This document shows, piece after piece, positions 19,875 to 28,748 of a DNA stretch of 64,000 nt. Origin of the DNA: an uncultured delta proteobacterium (GTDB lineage: Bacteria; Myxococcota; Kuafuiibacteriia; Kuafuiibacteriales; Kuafuiibacteriaceae); contig CAWDML010000001.1 of NCBI GenBank assembly GCA_963803435.1, forward strand, positions 992,001 through 1,056,000, in the 5' to 3' direction. Position 1 is the first letter of the stretch; each line of letters begins with the position of its first letter. The position numbers and the translations under genes were made by a program. Under the pieces are notes generated by a model. The model did not search any database. It was given only the letters and a program-made list of their open reading frames with translations, and was not told the DNA's origin.

Positions 19875-21886
19875 TGCGTCCGCACCTCATTCTGCTCCTG
19901 CTCTTGCCCGTCACCGCATGCAATTGCGGCGAGACGCCCGCCGGCCCCGGCCCGGGCACAGACGCCGGCGATTCCGGCGATCCCGGCGACAAGGACGGCG
20001 GTGTGAAGCCCCCGCCCGGCACGATCTCGATCGAGATCGATCCGGCCGACGTCGACCTCACCATCGACGGCGTCACCCCGGCCACCCGGACGTTCCGCGT
20101 CGACGCCATCGCCGAGGACGGGACGAGGAGCGACGTCACGGCGCAGGCCATCCTGCAGCTCGCCGACGACGTCCTCGGCACGCTCACCGGCAGCACCTTC
20201 ACCACCCGCTTGATCGGCGGCCGTACCAGCGTGACCGCGTACCTCGGTCAGTACTCCGCCACCGCACAGATCAAAGTGACGCTGGAGCGCGTGGTGGTGG
20301 TGCCGATCGGCGATCCGCTCCCGACGGATCCCGGCGCCGTCGTGGGCGGAGCGCCCGTCGATCCCAGCCGGGCTCCCTCGCTGGTCTACCCGAACGACGG
20401 CGTGATGCTGCCGGTGAACCTGGGCTCGATCGAGGTCCACTATCGGCCGGGCACCGATAACACGCTGTTCGAGATCGGCTTCATCAGCCCGAACGGCGAG
20501 GTCCTGATCTACACCCGCTGCGATCCGCTCGGAGGCGGCTGTCTCTACGCGCCCGCGCCCGACGTCTGGCAGTCGATCGCCGACACCAACAGCGGAGGCG
20601 ATCCGATCGAGATCCGGATCCGCGGAACCGACGACACCGGCACGGGCGCGGGGACCTCCAACTCGATCCACGCGCGCATCTCGGCCGTGCGCGTCGACGG
20701 CGGGCTCTACTACTGGACGACCGACGGCGGGCGCATCATGCGGCTCGACTTCGGGGCCGCCCAGCAGCCGGTGCAGTTCTATCCCTTCGACAACTCGACC
20801 ACCTGCTACGGCTGTCACTCCATCTCGAAGAACGGCCGGCGGATGACCCTCTCGCGGAACGGCCAGCGCGACGGCCGCCTCACGATCATCGAGATCGGCC
20901 AGCAACAGATCCTGCTCCAGGACCAGGACGACAAGCGCGAGCAGTTCCAGAGCTGGGATCCCACCTCCGCGATGTTCGCCGGCGTGTGGTCGGACGGCGC
21001 CGACCCCGATCCGAACATCCGGATCCGGGATGGAGAGACCGGCGACGTCATCGAGACCATCGACACCGGCGGAGAGCCCGATCACCCGGACTGGTCGCCG
21101 CGCGGCGATCGGATCCTGTTCACCATGGTGACCCGCCATCAGACCTCGCAGCGCCCGGGCCGCGGCGGCATCTCGTACATCGAGAAGATGAACGGCGGCG
21201 GCTGGAAGGCGCCGGTGGAGCTGATCGCGCCGGAGGACGGCTTCAACCGCTACTACCCCGCCTACGCGCCGGACGCGGCCTTCTTCATCTACTGCCAGTC
21301 GACGTGCCCGGCGGGACAGATCTACGCCGGCTCCTGCGACGCCGACGCCGACCCCACGGCGACGCTGCTCGCGATGGCCTCCGACGGCGGGGCGACGATC
21401 CCGCTCGGAAGGGTGAGCGGTCCGGGGATCGAGGACGGCACCACGGTCGATCTCAGCAACACGTTCCCCAAGTGGGCACCCTTCGTCGATCCGCAGCGGC
21501 GGGACGGGAGCGGCCGCCTGATGTGGTTCACGTTCTCCTCTCGGCGCGCCTACGGCCTGCGCAGGCCGAACGGGACCAACCAGTGGATCTGGATGGCCGC
21601 GATCGATCCCGACGTGGTCGAGCGGGGCGAGGACGGCAGCTTTGCGGCGTTCGCCCTGCCCTTCCAGGACCTCGGGACCTCGAATCACATCGCGCAGTGG
21701 ACCGCCGCCATCGTCCCCACCAACCCGAACGGCAACGACGGTGGCATCGACCCGCCGACCGGCTCCGACGGCGGCGCCTGCGTCGCCCTCGGGGACGTCT
21801 GCGATCCGGGCACCGACAACTGCTGCTCGGCCTCCACCTGCACGATGAACGGCCCGGGCATCTTCCTCTGCCGCCCGAACATCTAG
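19874..21886 (+). CDS. Myxobacterial lipoprotein with TolB-like/PD40 beta-propeller and Cys-rich tail
   Basis: VTAC lipobox, LYYW, CYGCH, PDWSP, FPKWAP and FSSRR motifs. Confidence 0.8.
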   Translation: MRPHLILLLLLPVTACNCGETPAGPGPGTDAGDSGDPGDKDGGVKPPPGTISIEIDPADVDLTIDGVTPATRTFRVDAIAEDGTRSDVTAQAILQLADDVLGTLTGSTFTTRLIGGRTSVTAYLGQYSATAQIKVTLERVVVVPIGDPLPTDPGAVVGGAPVDPSRAPSLVYPNDGVMLPVNLGSIEVHYRPGTDNTLFEIGFISPNGEVLIYTRCDPLGGGCLYAPAPDVWQSIADTNSGGDPIEIRIRGTDDTGTGAGTSNSIHARISAVRVDGGLYYWTTDGGRIMRLDFGAAQQPVQFYPFDNSTTCYGCHSISKNGRRMTLSRNGQRDGRLTIIEIGQQQILLQDQDDKREQFQSWDPTSAMFAGVWSDGADPDPNIRIRDGETGDVIETIDTGGEPDHPDWSPRGDRILFTMVTRHQTSQRPGRGGISYIEKMNGGGWKAPVELIAPEDGFNRYYPAYAPDAAFFIYCQSTCPAGQIYAGSCDADADPTATLLAMASDGGATIPLGRVSGPGIEDGTTVDLSNTFPKWAPFVDPQRRDGSGRLMWFTFSSRRAYGLRRPNGTNQWIWMAAIDPDVVERGEDGSFAAFALPFQDLGTSNHIAQWTAAIVPTNPNGNDGGIDPPTGSDGGACVALGDVCDPGTDNCCSASTCTMNGPGIFLCRPNI

Positions 21887-23424
21887 GGCTGCCGCGCCGC
21901 GTAGACGTACGCCCGCAGCGCGCGCATGCGACCATCCGCCCACTCGATCACGTCCGCGCCCTTGAGCACGGTCCCCTCGATCTCGAAGACGAACTCGACG
22001 ATCGAGGTGTGGCCGGCGACGTACACGTTGCCGACCTCGAACACGAACTTCTTCGGATGGGTGTCGAAGATCTTCTTGACCTCGGCGAGCGCGGCGGCCT
22101 TGCCCGCGACGCGGACGCCGGGGTCCTCGAGGGTGAAGTCGTCCGCGAGCAGATCGGCGATCTTGGCCAGATCCTTGCTGGCGAAAGCGGCGGCGTAGGT
22201 TCGTGTCAGCTGATCGATCATCGGGGGCGAGGCTACCCGAAGCGGCACCTCCGGAGGGAGGTGCCGGGGCGGAACCTCGAACGGCGGCGGTATCGGGCAC
22301 CGCGTGCAGGGGCCGCGCATCGGCACGCGAAGGACCTGGCCGACACGAAGGAATGTGCTGCGCATCCGGTTGGCCTTCTGGATCGCCTTGACGCTGCTCC
22401 GGTGCCGGAGCGCGATCTTCCCCAGGTTGTCGCCGTTCTTGACCCGCACCATCGCGAGGTTCTGGTCCGGACGCTGCGCGAGCAAAGGAGCGACCCGGCG
22501 TCCCAGCTCCTGCGCGCGCGGGTTGAAGAAGCGGACGTGAAAGTGATCCCGGTGCCGTCGCGCGTGTTTGACGATCGAGTGGTCGCCCGCCTTGAACAGC
22601 GAGTCGAGCCAGGCGCGGTCCTCTCCGATCGACAGCGCGTAGGCGTACAGCACGTCCTGTACCTTGCGGTCGACGAGGATGACCTGGACATCGCCGAGCA
22701 TCACCAGCGACTTGACCAGCTCCCAGTTCGCCGCGGTATCCATGAGCTTCTCGCACGCGATGCAGTGCGGCGCCTCGGGCGTCGCGTAGTAGAAGCCCAG
22801 ATCGACGTCGCGACCATTCTGATGGCTCCGGTGAGGGCGGAACCAGCCGCCCTCCTTGAGGCTGATCCCGTTCACGCGAAGCGGCGGCACGTCCGGATGC
22901 AGTGACTTCACGCGCTTGGCGGCGGCCGTGACGTATTCGATCGTCTCCGAGGTCGTCCAGGCGCCGGAAGGGATCACGAGCGTCCAGCACTCATCGTCGC
23001 TGGGCGGGAACTGAACAGCGTTGATCAGCCGCCCCTCGTCGCTGAACCCGATCGAGATCGATCCGAGCGACTCCGGGTGGCTCATCCAGCGGGCGGCCAG
23101 CTCGTCGTCAGAGAGGTCGGTCGTGTAGCGTAGCCCGGGGTCCACGCCCGTCCCCTCCTTATCCTCTGGGATCTCGCCCGAGTCGTCCGGATCGACTTCC
23201 GAGGCGAGCTCTGCCTGGCCCGCCTCCACGACATCGGCGATGGAGATCGTGGCGGTCGCCGCGACGGTTCCGGTCTCAACCTCGGCGGCGGGCGCAACGA
23301 GGGCGGGTCGATTCGCCGACGGCGGTGGCGGCGGTGGCGGTCGCGGCGAGCGGAACAGCGCACAAGCGGAGACCAGCGAGAGCGCGAGGATACCGGCGCT
23401 CGAGGAGGAGGAGAGGCGGCTCAA
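21883..23424 (-). CDS. MepA-like murein endopeptidase + LysM, in frame with a C-terminal SnoaL/NTF2 domain (start approximate)
   Basis: LVSAC lipobox; HRSHQNGRDVD; HRDHFHVR; LysM VKNGDNLGKIA...LRVGQVL; SnoaL-like domain from ATG 22221. Confidence 0.8.
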   Translation of the reverse strand: MSRLSSSSSAGILALSLVSACALFRSPRPPPPPPPSANRPALVAPAAEVETGTVAATATISIADVVEAGQAELASEVDPDDSGEIPEDKEGTGVDPGLRYTTDLSDDELAARWMSHPESLGSISIGFSDEGRLINAVQFPPSDDECWTLVIPSGAWTTSETIEYVTAAAKRVKSLHPDVPPLRVNGISLKEGGWFRPHRSHQNGRDVDLGFYYATPEAPHCIACEKLMDTAANWELVKSLVMLGDVQVILVDRKVQDVLYAYALSIGEDRAWLDSLFKAGDHSIVKHARRHRDHFHVRFFNPRAQELGRRVAPLLAQRPDQNLAMVRVKNGDNLGKIALRHRSSVKAIQKANRMRSTFLRVGQVLRVPMRGPCTRCPIPPPFEVPPRHLPPEVPLRVASPPMIDQLTRTYAAAFASKDLAKIADLLADDFTLEDPGVRVAGKAAALAEVKKIFDTHPKKFVFEVGNVYVAGHTSIVEFVFEIEGTVLKGADVIEWADGRMRALRAYVYAARQP

Positions 23425-23523
23425 CCTCGGGAAGACTACTCGAACTCGGACCCCCGATGAACCTGGAGTCCGCCTCTTCCGGCATTTGATTCGAGGTCGA
23501 ATGCAAGCAATCCTGCGGGTTCG

Positions 23524-24906
23524 ATGCGTCTGTACAACACCCTGACCGGGTGCATCGAGCCGCTCACCACGGTGCGGCCGGGTGAGGTCCGGATGTACGC
23601 GTGCGGGCTGACCGTCTCGGACGACGCCCACCTCGGTCACGGTCGCTCCGGCGCCATCTTCGACCTGCTCCGCCGTGTCCTCCGCACCCGTGGGATGCGG
23701 ATTGTCGATGTCCGAAATGTCACGGACGTCGACGACAAGATCATCGCCCGGGCCCGGGCGCTCGGCCAAGACCCGGTGGAGCTCGCCAAGCGCTACGTCG
23801 CCCGCCACGACGAGGACATGGAGCGGCTCCGAGTCCCGAGGGCCGACGTCGAGCCGCGCGCCTCTGACCACATCCATGAGGTGATCGACTTCATCGCCGC
23901 GCTGGTGGCGCGCGAGGCCGCGTACGAGAAGGAGGGCGTGGTGTACTTCCGCCTGGCAGCCTATCCCGCGTTCGGAGAGCTGGCACGCGCCCGCGGGGTT
24001 CCGGTGGAGGAGGAGGACTTCGTGCTCTGGAAGCCGTCCGAGGACGATGATCCCGGGTGGAGCTCGCCCTGGGGACGCGGGCGTCCCGGGTGGCACATCG
24101 AGTGTTCGGCGATGTCGGCCGCGCTCCTCGGTGAGACCTTCGACATTCACGGTGGGGGCGCCGATCTCCTTCATCCCCACCATGACGCCGAGATCGCGCA
24201 GTGCCACGCGCGCTGCGGCAAGGCGCCCGCGCGCATGTTCGTCCACAACGGCCTGGTGCTCCTCGCTGACGAGAAGATGTCGAAGTCGATCGGAAACTTC
24301 TTCACGCTCCGGGAGATCTTCGCGCGCTACGATCCGGCGGCGGTCCGCTACTACCTGTTTCGCACCCACTATCGCGAGCCGGTCACGTTCAGCACCGAAG
24401 CCCTCGACGACGCCGAGCAGGCGATCGCCCGCATCGAAGCCTTCATGGCTGCGGCCGCCCGCGTGGTGGGCCCGGGCGAGCACGCGACCGGCTCGGAGGA
24501 GGAGAAGCGGCTGCTCGAGCGGGCCCGCACCGCTCGTGCCGACGTGATCGCGGCGCTCGAGGACGACCTCGACACGCCCCGGGCGCTCGGGGTCGTCGAT
24601 GACCTGGTGGCCCGCGGCCAGGATTACCTCCGCACCCGCACCGCCGAGCCGCACGTCCTGGGACAGATCGAAGAGGTCCTCGACTCCATCGACGAGCTCT
24701 TCGATCTCCGCCCCGAGCGAGCTCGGACGGAGTCACGTACCGCCGAGTTGATCGAGGCCGTCCTCAGGGTGAGAAAGCGTCTCCGCCAGCGCGGGATCGA
24801 AGATCTGAGCGCGGCACGTACCGCCTCCGAGCTCACCGAGATGCTGAGGAAGCTCGGGATCGAGCTCGTCGATACGCGGTGGGGAACCCGCTGGAGGTGG
24901 GAATGA
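23524..24906 (+). CDS. cysS: Cysteine--tRNA ligase (divergent)
   Basis: CGLTV..AHLGH, TDVDDKII, GRPGWHIECSAM, DIHGGGADL and KMSKS motifs. Confidence 0.9.
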   Translation: MRLYNTLTGCIEPLTTVRPGEVRMYACGLTVSDDAHLGHGRSGAIFDLLRRVLRTRGMRIVDVRNVTDVDDKIIARARALGQDPVELAKRYVARHDEDMERLRVPRADVEPRASDHIHEVIDFIAALVAREAAYEKEGVVYFRLAAYPAFGELARARGVPVEEEDFVLWKPSEDDDPGWSSPWGRGRPGWHIECSAMSAALLGETFDIHGGGADLLHPHHDAEIAQCHARCGKAPARMFVHNGLVLLADEKMSKSIGNFFTLREIFARYDPAAVRYYLFRTHYREPVTFSTEALDDAEQAIARIEAFMAAAARVVGPGEHATGSEEEKRLLERARTARADVIAALEDDLDTPRALGVVDDLVARGQDYLRTRTAEPHVLGQIEEVLDSIDELFDLRPERARTESRTAELIEAVLRVRKRLRQRGIEDLSAARTASELTEMLRKLGIELVDTRWGTRWRWE

Positions 24907-26666
24907 GCAACGCCATGATCATGGTGGTGCTCGGGATCTGCGCGCTGTTTCTGTTCCTCTCCGAGCGCATCCCCAGTGAGGTGGTCGCCGTCGCCCTCCT
25001 GGTGTCGCTGCCGCTGACGGGCGTGCTGACCGCGAGTGAGGCGCTCTCCGGCTTCTCGCATCCCGCAGTGCTCCAGACCGGCGCGTTCCTGGTGCTGTCG
25101 GTCGCCCTGGCACGCACCGGCTTCCTCTCGATCCTCGCCTCCACCGTGTTTCGCGCCAAGAGCACGTTCGGACTGATGGCCTCGATCGTGGTGCTGTGCG
25201 CGTTCGTGTCGCCGTGGATCGCCAACACGGCCTTGGTCGCGCTGCTGGTCCCGATCATCACGGAGATCGCGAACGAGCGCGACATGCCGCTCTCGAAGCT
25301 CCTCCTCCCGCTCTCCTACGCCGCCATCATGGGCGGCGTCGTCACCACGATCGGAACCTCGTCCCACATCTTCGGCGCGACGCTCTACAACACGCTCACC
25401 GGCGAAGCGATGGGGTTGTTCGCTCCTGCCGGCTTCGGGCTGCTGTTCATGGCCACCGCTGGGCTCTACATGATGGCCGCGTCTCGCTGGCTCCTCCCGG
25501 TCCGGAAGAACGTCGAGGTCCGCAAGTTCGATCTGAGAGAGTACCTCCTCCAGGCCCGCATCCTCCCGGAGAGCCCGCTGATCGGGCGCGAGGCCACCGG
25601 CGACTACCTGCGCAAGACCCACGACATCTCGATCGTCGGGCTGCTTCGCGGCCGCCGGCGCTACTTCCGCATTCCTCGAGGCACCAAGCTGGCCGCTGGC
25701 GACGTGGTCCTCGTTCGCGGCAATCCCGACGAGCTGGGGCCCATCGCCGAGATCATCGGCCTCGAGATCCTGGCCGACCTCACGCTCCAGAAGAGCGCCT
25801 ACGCCGACGGCGAGCTCGAGTACGTGGAGGTGATCGTCGGTCCCAACGCGAAGGACGTGAACCGCCCGCTCTCGCAGGTGCAGCTCCTCGACGATTGCGG
25901 CGCCAAGGTTCTGGCTGTCCGCCGCCGCGGGCGAACGCGGCGCCGGCGCGTCGAGGACATTCTGGTGGCGTTCGGCGACGTCCTCATCCTCCAGGGTCCA
26001 CGCGGCCTCAAGGAGGTGTTCACGCGGTCGCCCGAGTTCCTGTTCCAGCGCGAGATCGAGCTCCCCGTGGAGCGACGCAAGCGCATGCCGATCGCCCTCG
26101 GCACGCTGTTCCTGGTATTGCTGATCGGCGGCTCCGACCTCGTGCCGATGCCGATCTGCGCGATGGCCGGCGCGGTGCTGGTCGTGATCACGGGTTGCCT
26201 CACGCCCAAGGAGATGCACCGCGCGCTCCCCTGGAGCATCCTGATCCTGATCGGCTCGCTGGTTCCCTGGTCGGTGGCGTTCGAGCGCTCCGGGCTCGCC
26301 GCCGACATGGCCCACGTGGTGGCGGCCGTCGGCGGTCGCTTCGGCCCTCGCGGAGCCCTGTTCATCGTGGCGATGATCTCGGTGGCCCTGGCCCAGCTCA
26401 TCCAGCCGAACGGCGTGATCGCGGTGATGCTCCCCCTCGCGGTCGCCACCGCCCGTGCGCTCGAGCTGCGCCCGCTTCCCTTCGCCCTGGCCGTGCTCTT
26501 CGGCGGCGCCTACTCCTTTGCGACCCCGTTCGCCTACAACACGAACATGATCGTCACACCGCTGGCCGGCTACCGGACGTCCGACTTCCTCCGCCTCGGC
26601 TTACCGCTCGCGGCGCTCGCGGTGGTGATGATGACGGCCCTGCTGCCGATCCTGTACCCGTTCTAG
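24903..26666 (+). CDS. SLC13/CitM family permease with TrkA-C domains
   Basis: LLLPLSYAAIMGGVVTTIGTS, two TrkA-C domains and FATPFAYNTN. Confidence 0.88.
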   Translation: MSNAMIMVVLGICALFLFLSERIPSEVVAVALLVSLPLTGVLTASEALSGFSHPAVLQTGAFLVLSVALARTGFLSILASTVFRAKSTFGLMASIVVLCAFVSPWIANTALVALLVPIITEIANERDMPLSKLLLPLSYAAIMGGVVTTIGTSSHIFGATLYNTLTGEAMGLFAPAGFGLLFMATAGLYMMAASRWLLPVRKNVEVRKFDLREYLLQARILPESPLIGREATGDYLRKTHDISIVGLLRGRRRYFRIPRGTKLAAGDVVLVRGNPDELGPIAEIIGLEILADLTLQKSAYADGELEYVEVIVGPNAKDVNRPLSQVQLLDDCGAKVLAVRRRGRTRRRRVEDILVAFGDVLILQGPRGLKEVFTRSPEFLFQREIELPVERRKRMPIALGTLFLVLLIGGSDLVPMPICAMAGAVLVVITGCLTPKEMHRALPWSILILIGSLVPWSVAFERSGLAADMAHVVAAVGGRFGPRGALFIVAMISVALAQLIQPNGVIAVMLPLAVATARALELRPLPFALAVLFGGAYSFATPFAYNTNMIVTPLAGYRTSDFLRLGLPLAALAVVMMTALLPILYPF

Positions 26667-26679
26667 GGCAGCCTGGCGC

Positions 26680-27774
26680 TCACAGTCGCTCGAGCAGCCG
26701 CACCCACCGCAGGTGCTCGGTCAAGCGCGCAAACGCCGGCTCGGCCTCGATCCGCTCGCGGTGTGCGTAGCCGAGACCGATGGCCCGCTCCAGGACGCCC
26801 AGCGCCGACTCCCCCCGCAGCTCGCCCGCCTCGTACACCGCCAGCCGAAACGCCATCTCCGACCAGCGCTCCTGATCGATCTGCGCCCGCGTGATCCGCT
26901 CCGCGTCGAGGGCATCGAACGCGCGCTCTGCGAGCTGGGCGCCGGCGGGCTTCCGATCGATCAGCAGCCAGGTGGCCGCCTGGATCACGGCGCTCTCGTA
27001 CGGCGGCAGCTTCCCGCACAGCTCCTCCACAGCTACGGGATCCTGGAGCTCGAGCGCGGCGGTCACGCCCAGCGAGATCAGCGGCACCCGATCCCGCCGA
27101 TCCAGGTAGTCGGGCAGGGCCCGGATCCGCCGCACCACCTCCGCGTAGTCGCCCTTCTCCCAGGCCGCCCAGGCGTCCAGATGGCGTACGTAGCCGGCCT
27201 CGCCGCGACCCAGGATGAGCGCGGTGCCGGTGAGCCAGATCGCCGGCCCGAGAAAGCCGCGATCGAGGGCGACGATCCCCGCCGCCCACGCGAAGCCAGA
27301 GAGCCAGGAGAGCCGCCAGATCCAGGTGGCGCTCTTGACGCGGTCCTCCAACACGACCCGGATGAGCTGACCGCCGTCGACCGGCGGAAACGGGGCGAGC
27401 TGATATGCGGTCCACACCACCGCGGCGAAGAACAGATCGTACCCCCAGCTCCCCATGCCCCGGACCGAGGTCAGGCGGGCACCCGCGACCACCAGCAGCC
27501 CGCTCGAGATCGGCCCCGCGAGCAGCACCAGCGCGCGCCGCCCGCGGGAGGCGATCGTTCGGACATAGGCGCGGCCTCCCGCGAGCTGCAGGAGACATCG
27601 GAAGTCCCCGCCCCCGAGCCGGCGGGCCGCGACCGCATGACCGAGCTCGTGAGCTGCGATCACCAGCGCGAGGCAGGCTGCAAACTGCGGAGAGGACACG
27701 ACCGCCGCGCCCGCGATCACCAGCATGAAATCCAGGCGGATCAGGAACGGGCCGGCCGTCAGCTCCTGCTTCAT
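26680..27774 (-). CDS. Site-2 (M50) membrane metalloprotease with TPR-like C-terminus
   Basis: AHELGHA, LAGP and LAPFPPVDGG motifs. Confidence 0.85.
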   Translation of the reverse strand: MKQELTAGPFLIRLDFMLVIAGAAVVSSPQFAACLALVIAAHELGHAVAARRLGGGDFRCLLQLAGGRAYVRTIASRGRRALVLLAGPISSGLLVVAGARLTSVRGMGSWGYDLFFAAVVWTAYQLAPFPPVDGGQLIRVVLEDRVKSATWIWRLSWLSGFAWAAGIVALDRGFLGPAIWLTGTALILGRGEAGYVRHLDAWAAWEKGDYAEVVRRIRALPDYLDRRDRVPLISLGVTAALELQDPVAVEELCGKLPPYESAVIQAATWLLIDRKPAGAQLAERAFDALDAERITRAQIDQERWSEMAFRLAVYEAGELRGESALGVLERAIGLGYAHRERIEAEPAFARLTEHLRWVRLLERL

Positions 27775-27778
27775 GGCG

Positions 27779-28705
27779 CTACTGCGCGACGGGCTTGGCC
27801 AGCCGCGCGATCTCGATGCGCTTGCCGTCCCGGGCCGCCACCGAGTTCTCGAAGATCGACCGCGCCTCCTCGAGGAACGGCTCGACCGTCTGATACCGCT
27901 GGCTGAAGTGCGTCAGCACCAGCTTCTTCGCGCCTGCCTCTCGCGCGATGGTCGCCGCCTGCGCCGCGGTCATGTGCCCGTGGTCGTGCGCGTCCTCCTT
28001 CTCCGATGACAGGTAGGTCGACTCGATGATCGCGAGATCGACCCCGGCCGCCAGCTCCACCGCCGCCGGGCATGGTCGCGTGTCCATCACGAACGCGACG
28101 CTCTGTCCCGGCTTGTGCACACTGACGTCCTCGACCTTCACCACCTTGCCGTCGACCGCGAGCTCGCCTTTCTTGACCAGCTCGCCGATCGCAGGCCCCC
28201 GGATGCCGAGCTCCGCCAGGCGCTCGGGCAGCATGGTGCGGCGATCCTTCTCCTGAAGCCGATAGCCGAACGTCTCCACGCCATGGTCGAGGCGCTTCGC
28301 TTCGATCGTGATCTTCGAATCCTCGTGGACGATCCCCGGCTTCTTGATCGGCTTCGCCACCAGCTGCGCCACTGCGTGATAGATCGAGGCCCGCCGCAGC
28401 CGGTCGTAGAAGACCTGACCGCTCGCCGGGAAGTAGATCTCCACCGGATGCGGGACGCGATCGAGCGAGAGGCGCTGGCACATCCCGGCCAGGCCCAGGC
28501 AGTGGTCCCCGTGGAAGTGGGTGATGCAGATCTTCGACACGCTGGTGGCGGTGACCTCGGCGAAGATCATCTGGCGCTGGGTCCCTTCGCCCGGGTCGAA
28601 GAGGATGCCCTCCTCGTCCCAGCGAAGAAGATAGCCATTGTGATTCCGGTACCGGGTGGGAACCTGGCTGGAGGTACCGAGAACGACCAGCTCTCGAACA
28701 GACAT
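27779..28705 (-). CDS. rnz: Ribonuclease Z
   Basis: LGTSSQVP, DPGEGTQRQ, THFHGDHCLG, GHMTA and LTHFSQRY motifs. Confidence 0.95.
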   Translation of the reverse strand: MSVRELVVLGTSSQVPTRYRNHNGYLLRWDEEGILFDPGEGTQRQMIFAEVTATSVSKICITHFHGDHCLGLAGMCQRLSLDRVPHPVEIYFPASGQVFYDRLRRASIYHAVAQLVAKPIKKPGIVHEDSKITIEAKRLDHGVETFGYRLQEKDRRTMLPERLAELGIRGPAIGELVKKGELAVDGKVVKVEDVSVHKPGQSVAFVMDTRPCPAAVELAAGVDLAIIESTYLSSEKEDAHDHGHMTAAQAATIAREAGAKKLVLTHFSQRYQTVEPFLEEARSIFENSVAARDGKRIEIARLAKPVAQ

Positions 28706-28748
28706 GGGGCGCCGTTCGATGCGCCCCTATCTCACCCGCCCCAAAGAC

